This document shows, in pieces, positions 10,030 to 20,884 of a DNA stretch of 35,419 bases (within the stretch, counting starts at the first letter, position 1; the number at the start of each line of letters is the position of its first letter). Origin of the DNA: Octopus bimaculoides (lineage: Eukaryota). The position numbers were made by a program, and so were the translations under genes. The stretch spans positions 22,368,811 through 22,404,229 of the forward strand of contig NC_068981.1 of the NCBI RefSeq assembly GCF_001194135.2, given 5' to 3'. Below the pieces are notes generated by a model. That model saw only the letters and a program-made list of their open reading frames with translations. It was not told the DNA's origin and made no database searches.

Positions 10030-10128
10030 CCTGTACGAATAGGTTCAGTAAAAGTTTTAATAGGCACACAGACTTTCTTTTAGCTTTACATATTCCTTCC
10101 AGAGGAGTCATAGCTGTCCTAATATTAT
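10030..10128 (-). CDS. Candidate 99-nt internal exon (phase 1-1) of an unidentified gene
   Basis: Acceptor ttcattttttttatag, donor CAGG|gtaagt. One open frame: (D)NIRTAMTPLEGICKAKRKSVCLLKLLLNLFVQ. No family recognised. Confidence 0.35.
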
Positions 10129-10278
10129 CTATAAAAAAAATGAAGTAGACTGACATATCAAATTTTGAACCTATTGAAGGGACACGAGATACCGAAATAT
10201 CGTTCAGCAAATTTAATTATGGAACTCTTCTTTATTTACATATTCCTTCCAAAGGAGTCATAGCAGTCCTAATATTAT

Positions 10279-10281
<3 letters not shown>
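10085..10281 (+). repeat. 47-bp direct repeat, 150-bp spacing
   Basis: tttacatattccttcc(a/a)(g/a)aggagtcatagc(t/a)gtcctaatattatcta at 10085-10131 and 10235-10281; 45/47 identical. Confidence 0.9.
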
Positions 10282-10326
<45 letters not shown>

Positions 10327-10350
10327 ATAATAATAATAACAATAACAACA
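10279..10350. repeat. (CTA)n/(ATA)n microsatellite
   Basis: Seen directly. Confidence 0.95.
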
Positions 10351-10522
10351 TCGAAAAATACCTTAGGAACGAGAACCCAGGTTCGAAATATCCCCAAGAC
10401 ACCTGACGAAGGCTGGAGGGTATATTAGCCGAAATGTTGTGTTAACAACAAGCATGATATGGACAAATATCTGTCAAATGTAAATAATGTACATAATTCC
10501 TCATCTCTTAAATACAGAACTG
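10351..10522 (+). mobile_element. Short PLE-LTR-like repeat carrying a hammerhead motif
   Basis: aaataccttaggaacgagaacccaggttcgaaatatccccaagacacctgacgaaggctgg...; abuts an (AAT)n tract. Assignment inferred from the hammerhead core. Confidence 0.55.
10398..10443 (+). ncRNA. Minimal type I hammerhead ribozyme motif
   Basis: GACAC-CTGACGA-A-GGCTG(GAGGGTATAT)TAGCC-GAAA-TG-TT-GTGTT. Stem I GACAC/GUGUU, 5-bp stem II. Confidence 0.65.
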
Positions 10523-10654
10523 TAGCTTCTTTTCAAATCTGAAATAAATTTTTCTATGTTCTTTAAAACATTTTTTTCATACACCAGACAACCGAAAATT
10601 AGAGTTTCATTTTTTGGCAAATATCTCGCTTAACTATATTATTACAGTTATAAA

Positions 10655-11450
10655 AATTATTATTGTTATTTTGGTTTGACTCAGGTTTGGTCTTATTCCT
10701 GGTAGGATTTATGTCGGTAGCAGGTTACTATCTCTAACCTTAGGTATCCACAAGTTTTCAGTAGTCTTTCAAGTGCTTAGATTCCTCCTGATAATCCTCT
10801 CTGCCCCTAAGAGACAAACTTTCTGTGGGAGTTCCACAAGGTATTCTATTCTAATCTCCTTCAGCCATTTGTCTATATCTTGACTTACTGTTCCCAACTC
10901 ATCAATTATTATAGGCACGACCTTTACTGTTCGCATGCTCCAAATTCTTCCTATTTCAAATTTTAAGGGATTATATACTTTTTGTCTTTCTTTACGATCC
11001 TTGAATCAACCGGGCATGATGAGTAAGCATGATAAGTAAGCAACTTCGCTTTTCCTTATCTATAATTGTTATGTTCGTTCTATTATTTTCTAACTTCTTG
11101 TCCGTTTGAATAGGAAAATCCCACAGAATTTCTTTGATTCCAGTCTTCTTTCGACTTGATGATTATACCATGTGTTTCCAGCCTCAAATCTCCATTTCTG
11201 GCACAGTTTCCTGTGTAAAACTTTTACAATCTGATCGTGCTTCCATTTCTTGGAGAATTCTTCCACAATGTGTGCTACTGTCTCGTTCCAAGCTTCACAG
11301 GCTCTACATTTTTTTGACACATTCTCTCTCTATATATTTTTCTCAAGTTGTTTGTTTTAATCTCTTGATCTTAGGCTGCTACAATTAGGCTTTCTGTTTC
11401 TTTTTTTAATAGCGCTTTTTTTAAATCAAGCCCAGAAATTTGCTCCATAT
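10655..11450 (-). mobile_element. R4/Dong-like non-LTR retrotransposon 3' fragment
   Basis: KKETESLIVAA*DQEIKTN...KCRACEAWNETVAHI...HDQIVKVLH...WYNHQVERRLES...WDFPIQTDKKLENNRTNITIID, with frameshifts. 3' UTR shared with 17738-18296; (AAT)-like tail. Confidence 0.9.
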
Positions 11451-11459
11451 ACGTCCTCA

Positions 11460-11818
11460 ATGGTGTGTTGAAAAAAGGTTTGCTTCCCAACCTCATGGTT
11501 CCGGGTTTAGTCCCACTGCGTGGCACCTTGGGACAAGTGTCTTCTACTATAGTAATATATATAGATATATATGTATATATATACGTGTATGTGTGTATAT
11601 GTATATGTGCGTGTGTTTGTCTCTCGTCACTGCTTGACAACTGGTGTTGGTGTGTTTAGGTCCCTGTAACTTAGCGCTTCGGCAATAGAGGCTGATAGAA
11701 TAAGTACCAGGCTTAAAAATATAAGTACTGGGGTCAATTCATTCGACTAGAATTCTTGAAGGCGGTGCCCCAGCATGGCCGTAGTCTAATGCCCAAAACA
11801 AGTAAAAGATAGAGATAT
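11460..11818 (+). mobile_element. SINE family A, near full length
   Basis: tRNA-like head (ggttccgggtttagtcccactgcgtggcacc), central (TA/TG) microsatellite, tail aaggcggtgccccagcatggccg...aacaagtaaaaga. Confidence 0.9.
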
Positions 11819-12462
11819 TAAAGAGATGGAGCGTGAACAAGTCACGACTAAAACTTTAAAAATCCTAACAAATTCTTGTTTACACAATCTCTGAGCTCTT
11901 ATGGTAACCACACATTTAATAAAAAGAGAAAAACTGTTTCAAAAGGCCAAAGGTTATTCCATTTCTGAACAGTTTTATACAAAACAAAAGAGTGGATACT
12001 AAAGTACTTCTTACATAACTGAAACGGTGAACTATTTACACACATGAACATTTTAGAAAGCATTAAAAAGCAGTTATTAAATCAATTAAGAAATTAGAAA
12101 TAGATTAAAAAGGTATTTCTTCACTGATAAAAAAGCCTTCACACACTAGCACACTGTAATTTCGAGCACATTATATCATCCAACTGTCACTCGAATTGCT
12201 GTAATGTCGGTTTTTGCCTCCTGCCAATTAGCAGTCGGTGTTTCACTCGACGTACAACGTCTGTTCGTCTCCGGAAGAACATTAATTACTTGAATCAAAT
12301 ATTTACCCACAAAACTTTGCAGATGTTTTCCCTGCAGGCATCAACCTGCAGAAATTCAAGCTTGTAGTTTTAGAGATCTTATATTTTAATCCAAAAAAGA
12401 CCCCCGTTCTTCGAATTAAAATGAAATTGTACTCACTCAATGTAATAAAAAATTATTGTTTA

Positions 12463-12833
12463 AGGTGGCTGCATGGTAAGAAGCTTGCTTCCGAACCACA
12501 TGGTTCCAGGTTCAGTCCCACTGCGTATGGTACCTTGGGCAAGTATTTTTTTACTGCAGTTTCGGGCCAACCAAAGCCCTGTGAATGATTTTGTTAGACG
12601 TGTGTGGTGGTGGTGGTGATGGTGGTGTGTGTGTGTGTTTGTCCCACTACCATCGCTTGACAACCGGTGTTGGTGTGTTTACGTCCCCGTAACTTAGCGG
12701 TTCAGCAAAAGATATCGATAGAATAAGTATTAGGCTTACAAAAAAGTACTGCGGTCGATCCATTCGACTAAAATTCGTCAATGCGGTGCTCCAGCACGGC
12801 CGCAATCAAAATGTAACAAGTAAAAGAATAAAT
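12463..12833 (+). mobile_element. SINE family A, near full length
   Basis: Same head, central microsatellite and tail as 11460-11818. Confidence 0.9.
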
Positions 12834-13160
12834 AACCATTAACCTCATTGAAAGTAATTTCTGAAGCACAATGCTATTTAGAGAGAAATAATAAAATCAG
12901 GAGACATCTATATCATCGTCAGAGGTATGCTGTGGTCTGGTAAAGTGAACCGGCTTCGATTTAGATTCGAAACAGTTTTTCGCGGAACTTGGTTTCTCTG
13001 CGGCGTTCGTCGCTTTCTTCTGAAATACTGATTGCCTCTTTATTAATTTTAATTAACTTTACCCTTTATTACTGTTATTTTCGGAGTTGTCTCTCTTGCA
13101 TTTTTTGTCCAGAATTAGTAACTAACACAATGATTTTATTTCTTATTACTATGAGTGTCA

Positions 13161-13521
13161 TGGGGGCGCAATGGCCCAGTGGTTAGGGCAGCGGACTCGC
13201 GGTCATAGGATCGCGGTTTCGATTCCCAGACCGGGCGTCGTGAGTGTTTATTGAGCGAAAAGACCTAAAGCTCCACGAGGCTCCGGCAGGGGATGGTGGT
13301 GAACCCTGCTGTACTCTTCCATTACAACTTTCTCTCATTCTTTCTTCCTCTTTCTGTTGTACCTGTATTTCAAAGGGGCTAGCCTTGTCACACTGTGTCA
13401 CGCTGAATATCCCCGAGAACTACGTTAAGGGTACACGTGTCTGTGGAGTGCTCAGCCACTTGCACGTTAATTTCACGAACTGGCTGTTCCTTTGATTGGA
13501 TCAACTGGAACCTTCGACGTC
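13161..13521 (+). mobile_element. tRNA-derived SINE family B (3' end lost in gap)
   Basis: A box tggcccagtgg, B box ggtttcgattccc. Body matches the antisense copy at 24970-25354. Confidence 0.9.
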
Positions 13522-14061
13522 NNNNNNNNNNNNNNNNNNNNNNNNNNNNNNNNNNNNNNNNNNNNNNNNNNNNNNNNNNNNNNNNNNNNNNNNNNNNNNN
13601 NNNNNNNNNNNNNNNNNNNNNNNNNNNNNNNNNNNNNNNNNNNNNNNNNNNNNNNNNNNNNNNNNNNNNNNNNNNNNNNNNNNNNNNNNNNNNNNNNNNN
13701 NNNNNNNNNNNNNNNNNNNNNNNNNNNNNNNNNNNNNNNNNNNNNNNNNNNNNNNNNNNNNNNNNNNNNNNNNNNNNNNNNNNNNNNNNNNNNNNNNNNN
13801 NNNNNNNNNNNNNNNNNNNNNNNNNNNNNNNNNNNNNNNNNNNNNNNNNNNNNNNNNNNNNNNNNNNNNNNNNNNNNNNNNNNNNNNNNNNNNNNNNNNN
13901 NNNNNNNNNNNNNNNNNNNNNNNNNNNNNNNNNNNNNNNNNNNNNNNNNNNNNNNNNNNNNNNNNNNNNNNNNNNNNNNNNNNNNNNNNNNNNNNNNNNN
14001 NNNNNNNNNNNNNNNNNNNNNNNNNNNNNNNNNNNNNNNNNNNNNNNNNNNNNNNNNNNNN
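13522..14061. other. Assembly gap (540 N)
   Basis: N run. Confidence 1.
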
Positions 14062-14098
<37 letters not shown>

Positions 14099-14310
14099 TT
14101 GTGTGTCTGTTTGTTCCCCCAGCATCGCTTGACAACCGATGCTGATGTGCTTACGTTCCCGTAACTTAGCAGTTCGGCAAAAGAGAGAGATAGAATAAGT
14201 ACTAGGCTTACAAAGAATAAGCTCTGGGGTCGATTTGCTCGACTATACAAGCGGTGCTCCAGCATGGCCGCAGTCAAATGACTGAAACAAGTAAAAGAGT
14301 AAAAGAGTAA
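14062..14310 (+). mobile_element. SINE family A, 3' half
   Basis: (TG)n, then cgcttgacaaccgatgctg...gcggtgctccagcatggccgcagtcaaatgactgaaacaagtaaaagagtaaaagag. Confidence 0.92.
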
Positions 14311-14628
14311 ATCCCCGATGTAAACTGCAATAGTATAGAAAAATAGAAAAAGCCTTTCATTAGTTTTTATTGCATTTGTCAGTTCTACTTATATGTATGA
14401 CTTGGGGAGAAAGAATGGAGTTCTCCAGGTTAGTTCAACGTAGATGTGAAGTTGATGGTGTCGTTGCTAAGTTTAAGACCCAATGGATTTGCTAGACACT
14501 GTCATTACTTAACTGCAATTGACAGAATCGTCATGGTACTGGACTACCAACTTAAGGAGCAACTATTTGTGTTATGTTACTGGCATCGAACCAGGGGACA
14601 GTCTAATTTTTGTTGTTGTTGTAAGAGT

Positions 14629-14843
14629 GTGGAGGCGCAATGGCCCACTGGTTAGGGCAGCGGACTCGCGGTCGGACGATCGTGGTTTCGATTCCCAGAC
14701 CGGGCGTTGTGTGTGTTTATTGAGCGAAAACGCCTAAAGCTCTACGAGGCTCCGGCAGGGGGAAACACATACGCCATAGAATCCGGGAAACCGGGCCCAC
14801 GATCCTGGCTAGGCTTTAAAAGGGGCGCATAAAAAAAAAAAGA
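14629..14843 (+). mobile_element. SINE with family B head, different short 3' part and poly(A)
   Basis: Head matches family B up to gaggctccggcagggg, then diverges. A11 tail. 8-bp TSD GTAAGAGT (14621-14628, 14844-14851). Confidence 0.85.
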
Positions 14844-15693
14844 GTAAGAGTAGCACTGTAAAATTAACGATTGTTTCATTTATTCTACGATACCTCGGAT
14901 ATAACTGGAAGAAGTATGGGCCTCACCAAGCTAACTTGCTTCTGGAAACTTTAATGATACTTCTATGACTCATTAAATTATGTGAATCATTGCAATTAAA
15001 TCGGATCCAGGATGTTACTTGTGTATACTTAAATGACATGGTTAAGATAAGAACAAGGAATCACGAGGGACGTAACTAAATACTATAACTCACTCAGTTC
15101 TGCCCCAAGGAAATATTAAACCTTCAGAAAATTATAACGTCTCGTTGGTTTAAAAATAAAGGAAATATTCCAAGGTCAAATAATATTAAGGCGAGGACCG
15201 ACGTCAGCAACAGGTTTATTGACACCACCGAAACTTTCTGTATTGCTTTTCAATGTCGTTCTCTCTGTTCAAACGATGTATCGAATAACTCCAAACTGTC
15301 TTTGGTCGTAGTTTCATACATTGTTAGTAACATGACGCTTGTTGCTAAACAAGGTTTCGTGCCTCGCTGAACAGAACTCTCGTCCTATATATTTACTCTA
15401 AATTAACCCAGTCACGTACTTAAAACATTTCGAAGACAAACTGTTCGTTTGGTTTTCCATAAAATAGCGCGACCCTTTCACGGCAGTTTTGGCTAATCGT
15501 TTTTTTCTTTCTTTGTTTTTGTTTTCCCACCGTCTTTTGGAACTGAAATTCTTGGAAAACAATTTACCGCTTCGGAGCGAAACATTTCTAAATAAATGGA
15601 ATTTGTATCTGAGTCAAAGGCCAAAGGGATTATTCAATCGTTACTAATTAGTAAAAAAAAGTTTCTCAAAAATAAAAGGGTATTATAGCTTAC

Positions 15694-15793
15694 TTTTCAG
15701 GACTTTTGTAAGAAGAGTTAGAAGGGGTTGCAACTTCCCACCATTGATTTCAGATGTCTTCTCTTCTTTCCATATCTTCTTCTATATAGAGTC
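15694..15793 (-). other. Exon-like 100-nt segment, non-coding or pseudogenised
   Basis: Acceptor ctttttatttttttaccacag, donor AAAA|gtaagc. All three frames contain a stop; best frame is LYIEEDMERREDI*NQWWEVATPSNSSYKSPE. Confidence 0.25.
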
Positions 15794-15924
15794 CTGTGGT
15801 AAAAAAATAAAAAGGTTCATGCAATTTATTTTTTGCTTTATATACCTTGAAAAATTTTGCAACAACTTCGAGAGAAAAGCTGAAAAAAATCTAGCGTTTT
15901 TTCTGCAGGCCATAATATTGGTTT

Positions 15925-16125
15925 CAGATTTTAGCACAAAGCCAGTAATTTCAGGGGGAGGAGAAAAGTTGATTACATCGACCCCAGTGCTCAGCTGGTA
16001 CTTATTTTATCGACCTCGAAGGGATGAAAGGCAAAGTCGACCTTGGTAGCATTTGAACTCCGAGCATAAAGACGGACGAAATGCTGCTAAGCATTTTGCC
16101 CGATTCTGTCAGCATGCCGCCTTCT
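15925..16125 (-). mobile_element. tRNA-derived SINE family C
   Basis: gattacatcgaccccagtgctcagctggtacttattttatcgacc...aaaggcaaagtcgacc...atttgaactc...taaagacggacgaaatgctgctaagcattttgccc. Matches 29945-30150. Confidence 0.85.
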
Positions 16126-17654
16126 AGAGGTTATGATACGAACATTATTTCCGGACAAAGTTAGAAACATCTTCTAAAATGGAATTAGTTCATTTGATCA
16201 GTAGTGTTATGTGTAACATTCCCGTTAATAAAGCTGTGATTTGGTAGATATCATATCTCTACAGTCAGAGCTAAAATTCTACCAGAATTGGCTGTTTTTC
16301 ATGGGCACAGATATGATTCTGTGTTTAAGAAGTTCACTCTGCAATCGCATGGTTTTGAGTTCGACCCCACTACGCTGCACCTTGATCATGTGCCTTCTAT
16401 CATATCTTCTAAATATCATGAGTGAAATTGGATATGCGAAAACTGTTTGGAAGCCTATCAACTGGAACTGTATTTTTTCTAATGTGATTTCTGTTACTCC
16501 CGTTCATCGCCACAATCTAGTCTTTGGGTGGCTCTATTGGAATTCATTCTATTCCAAGCTTTCAGATCCGGCGTCTGGTCAGAAATCAATGGTTTCTTAT
16601 GAAGGCCCAATGAATTTATCGATCTCAGTTTTCCCTATTGCCCTTCCCTTCAAGAATATGAGTTGTAGCAACGAAAAATAGTAATATCTAGATTAATCGT
16701 GGGTGACGTGGAGTAAGGTAGGGTGTCCAACTGGCAGGGTCGTTAGAGCCGGATAGAATGCTTTAACGGTAATCGTTCGGTGGGGAGGAAGGCGTTATTA
16801 AGATCTGAATATCCATGAAGCCGTTCTCTTACCACATGTTGTGGACCACCAAGTTATTTTTACGGCCTGCCACTACTGTTTCGCGAAGGTGACACCGGGT
16901 GGCACCACTGTCTCTGGTCGTGAACCTTTGTGTTTCCTTTGCCCATGCATTTCTACCATCATGTAACTATGTATGTGATGCACGAACCCTTTCTGCCGTC
17001 TCATAACTACCAAGGTTCGTTCCTTGCATCTCATTCGAGAACATGAGAAGCCGTCTTCATTTTTAGATAAGGGTATTTCGTTTTCCTTCTTCCTCTTTCT
17101 TGGTTGAATTTCTCAGGCAAAAATATACACTTTTGTGACACCTTTTCACGCTTTGTCTTCTATCTGGAGATGACCCATGTCTCTTTTTTTTTTCGCAACA
17201 CAAACAAAAAACGAGTTACTGTTGTTGTTAGCGGTTTTGTTATTGTCATTTTAGTTAACGTTTTCACCACTTTCTTTTGTGCTTCTGAAATTGTAATTGT
17301 GTTTATGAATATCTCTGTCATTTTATCTTGTTTTTCTAGTTTTAAGTTCATAGTATTTTCACACGTTTGTGAAGAGGATTTACTACTACTACTACTATTG
17401 AATCTGACATCTCTTTGTGGCCATTTTGGATTTCGAATAGAAAATGCAAATGGCCACAATACAAAAATATATACACGGTTGAAAATGTTTAAACAAAACT
17501 TTTTTGCAAATTTAAAATTCCAACCACTTTTGCCGATTTAAAATTCTAAAACCATTTTGTTAGTAAAAAAGAAAAAAAAAACGCTTTTTACATCAAGAAA
17601 TCTTAGAAAAAAATGACTTCTTAGCGGAGATCTATGAAACGTGACAATTTACAA

Positions 17655-17687
17655 CTAACAACAGTAACAACAACAGCAGCGATAATG

Positions 17688-17740
<53 letters not shown>
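17655..17740. repeat. (AAC)/(AAT)n microsatellite
   Basis: Seen directly. Confidence 0.95.
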
Positions 17741-17741
<1 letters not shown>

Positions 17742-17950
17742 GGGATTTGAAGCTGGAAACACATGGTACAATCATTGAGTCGAAAGAGGACTGGAGTCAA
17801 AGAAATATAAGATTTTGTGGGATTTTGCTATTCAAACGGACAAGAAGTTAGGAAATAATAGATCAGACATAACAATTATAGTTGAGGGAAAGCGTAGTTG
17901 CTTACTTATCGACCCATCATGCCCGTTTGATTTCGGGATCGTAAAGAAAG

Positions 17951-17984
<34 letters not shown>

Positions 17985-18296
17985 CCCTTAAGATTTGAAA
18001 TAGGAAGAATTTGGAGCATGGGAACAGTAAAGGTCACGCCTATGATAACTGGTGCTTTGGGAACAGTAAAGCAAGATACTGACAAATGGCTGAAGGAGAT
18101 TGGAATAGCATGCCCGGTAGAGCTCCTACAGAAAGTTTGTCTCTTAGGGGCAGCAAGGATTATCGGGCGGACTCTAAGTACTTGAAGGATTGCTGAAAAC
18201 TTGTGGATACCTAAGGTTTGAGATAGTAACCTACTACCGACATAAATCCTACCAGGAATAAGACCGAACCTGAGCCAAACCAAAATAATAATAATT
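17738..18296 (+). mobile_element. R4/Dong-like retrotransposon 3' fragment (REL endonuclease + 3' UTR)
   Basis: WGFEAGNTWYNH*VERGLESKKYKILWDFAIQTDKKLGNNRSDITII...LLIDPSCPFD...YDPLRFEIGRIW...TGALGTV...ELLQKVCLLGAARII. Internal (TA)n expansion; ends in (AAT)n. Confidence 0.9.
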
Positions 18297-18722
18297 CCTT
18301 TTATTAACCAAAAGAGCATAAGTGAGGGAAACATATCAAGGACAGACAACACAGTTTGTATGGGGATTTACAAAAGGGTTGGGTAGAAGGGAATAGAAAA
18401 GACAGTGAAATGCGATTATCGTTTTCCCTTCTGGCAGCCGAAGTTGATTCCTTTCCAGAAGGATCAGTAGTTATACAATCTCATTTCCCCTCTTGTGTTA
18501 ACCTCTGGCCCTGCTCTAATGAAATATATACCTATATATACATACACAAGTTCATATCTATTTCATTCCCTATTTACACCGTATTTCGTTTCATTTTTTT
18601 CTTATCAGTTTTCCTTCCCTTTTTTTTCTCATGAATACAATTTGTTACATGCCCAAATTTTAAGACGCGTCACATATCTTTGAGACTCAGCAACGTTCTT
18701 CAGTAGTACCTGCTGCGGTTTC

Positions 18723-19046
18723 CTTTCTTTCTTTCTTTCTTTCTTTCTACATAACTATAGCATTCCTCCGATGATTTATATCTGTCAACAGGATAGGATG
18801 ATTCGTGAAAATAAAACCAAGTTTGGTTGCTATGGGGTGTTTCCCAATGGTACTATTTTCAATTTATATGCTATTCATTATAAGAAATGATTCCAGTGAA
18901 ATTTTAAAAGCAAGCAAAATGATTTCGAAACGAAAAGTAAAATATTAAACTTTTACTTTTTACTTGTTTCAGTCATTGAACTGCGGCCTTGCTGGGGCAC
19001 CACATTGAAGAGTTTTAGTAAATAAAAAAAATCGACCCCAGTACTT
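18723..19046 (+). repeat. Local duplication, copy 2 (pairs with 8527-8862)
   Basis: Direct alignment to copy 1; runs into a T tract and the assembly gap. Confidence 0.95.
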
Positions 19047-19066
19047 ATGTTTTTTTTTTTTTTTTT

Positions 19067-19266
19067 NNNNNNNNNNNNNNNNNNNNNNNNNNNNNNNNNN
19101 NNNNNNNNNNNNNNNNNNNNNNNNNNNNNNNNNNNNNNNNNNNNNNNNNNNNNNNNNNNNNNNNNNNNNNNNNNNNNNNNNNNNNNNNNNNNNNNNNNNN
19201 NNNNNNNNNNNNNNNNNNNNNNNNNNNNNNNNNNNNNNNNNNNNNNNNNNNNNNNNNNNNNNNNNN
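19067..19266. other. Assembly gap (200 N)
   Basis: N run. Confidence 1.
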
Positions 19267-19434
19267 CCCCCCCCCCCATACACACACACACATATCACAC
19301 ACACAAAAGCACACACGCACTCATACGAAATTTGCTTAAGAGGTGCAAATAAATATCCAACCCAGCACGTTGAAAGCATTTTCATTGCACCCTCACCCCT
19401 AAAAAACTTTCGTATATATGTGTGTCGTAGACTC

Positions 19435-19486
19435 GGGAACGGGGATTGCAAGGGGTGCGTTGGCACCCCTTGTAATCTCTGTTCCC
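19435..19486 (+). other. 24-bp fully paired hairpin with 4-nt loop
   Basis: gggaacggggattgcaaggggtgc-GTTG-gcaccccttgtaatctctgttccc: 21 Watson-Crick + 3 G-U pairs on the + strand. Confidence 0.8.
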
Positions 19487-19511
19487 TATCCTATGACACA
19501 AATATACGATT

Positions 19512-19660
19512 GACTTCCACAGTTTTCGTATACCAACTCACTCACAAAGGATTGGTCAGCCCGGGGCTATAGTAGAAGACGCTTGCCCAAAGTGCTGCAC
19601 AATAGGACTGAACCCGATACCATAAGGTTGCAAAACGAATTTCTGAAACACACATCTATG
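19512..19660 (-). mobile_element. SINE family A-like 5' half
   Basis: cactcacaaaggattggtcagcccggggctatagtagaagacgcttgcccaaag...ggactgaaccc. Confidence 0.75.
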
Positions 19661-20884
19661 TCTGGATTTTCGTGGCAATTTTTTTTCTTTTGAAATTCAA
19701 GTCAAGGAAGTATTTGAAAAACACTACTTTCCATTCTAATTTTCTTTCCATTCTTTTGCTTCCGTTTAGTAATTTCCTTTTGTTACTTTTTTCTTCGCTT
19801 CACGTAAAAAAAAAAACAACCAATAAAAAAATCCCTAAAAAACAACAAAACACAAAACTAACTTGGAATTTGTTCCTGTCTGCTACATTTATTTACATAT
19901 TTAAAGGTCTAGACGTACGTCAAAAGGAATGCAATACTTTCTAAGCAACTGCTGTCAAACGTCGTCTGTTCACTCTGCTGTCATCAGCGTAAGACTTAAG
20001 AGTTAAATTCTCTCTTTCTCGTTCTAATATGTAATTTAAGCTTGTTGTACTAATACATAGCAATCTTCGAGCACTAAACATGCCACCTCAACACACGCGA
20101 ATATACCCACCCCCGCAAACAGACACTGATATAAATAACCAAGATAGTTTTTTGTATCTTATTCATCCTTTTATTTATTTAGTTGGGTATCGAATAATTT
20201 TGGCATATAAACTCGTAATATGCATCTGCTGGCAAAGTGAAATTAAATATTCTGGGAATATCTAAATAAAGAATAAACTCACTTTTGTAATTTAACTAAT
20301 GTAGTTTCATCTTCTTGTTTTCACCGAAACTTGCGTATTCTTTTCTTTTTCGCTGTCGATGTAGATTTAGGACTTATAAAAAAGAGTTGCTATTTTTTTA
20401 TTTATTTATTTCTATTACTGAACTTGCTGTTAACAAATAAATAAATTCAAGAATTATGCCATCAACCGTTTTACTTGACGTTAAAAGTAACAAACCGTCA
20501 TCTGAAAGTTTCTGAGCTAAGGAAATATATAGTGCGTGTGCGTATGTGTATGTTGGCGTACGATCGTTTGTGTGTGAGTGTGTATGTGCATATGTGTGAG
20601 TGTGTGTGTGCATGTGTGTGTAAGATCATATATCAATTGTATTGCTGGTAATTATAAATTTCTTCTGTTATGTAAGACAAATCACATAGTGATGGATGTA
20701 ACATTTGCTTGGACAGGGCAAAGATTAATGGTGAGACCAACATCGATGATGCATAAGTAAAAGCTTGTACAATAATGGGTCGTTATATCAAGTCACTTAT
20801 TCCGTGACATATCTTGATAAGTTTTTGTTTTAGAAACTTATTTCCACGATATTGCAAATTAGTGTATCAAATTAATTATTATAT

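Noticed and set aside
17104-17541. 145-aa hydrophobic ORF overlapping a 99-aa antisense ORF
   Set aside because: TTG start; the hydrophobicity follows from T-rich strand composition; includes a (CTA)n repeat; no receptor or transporter motif recognised.
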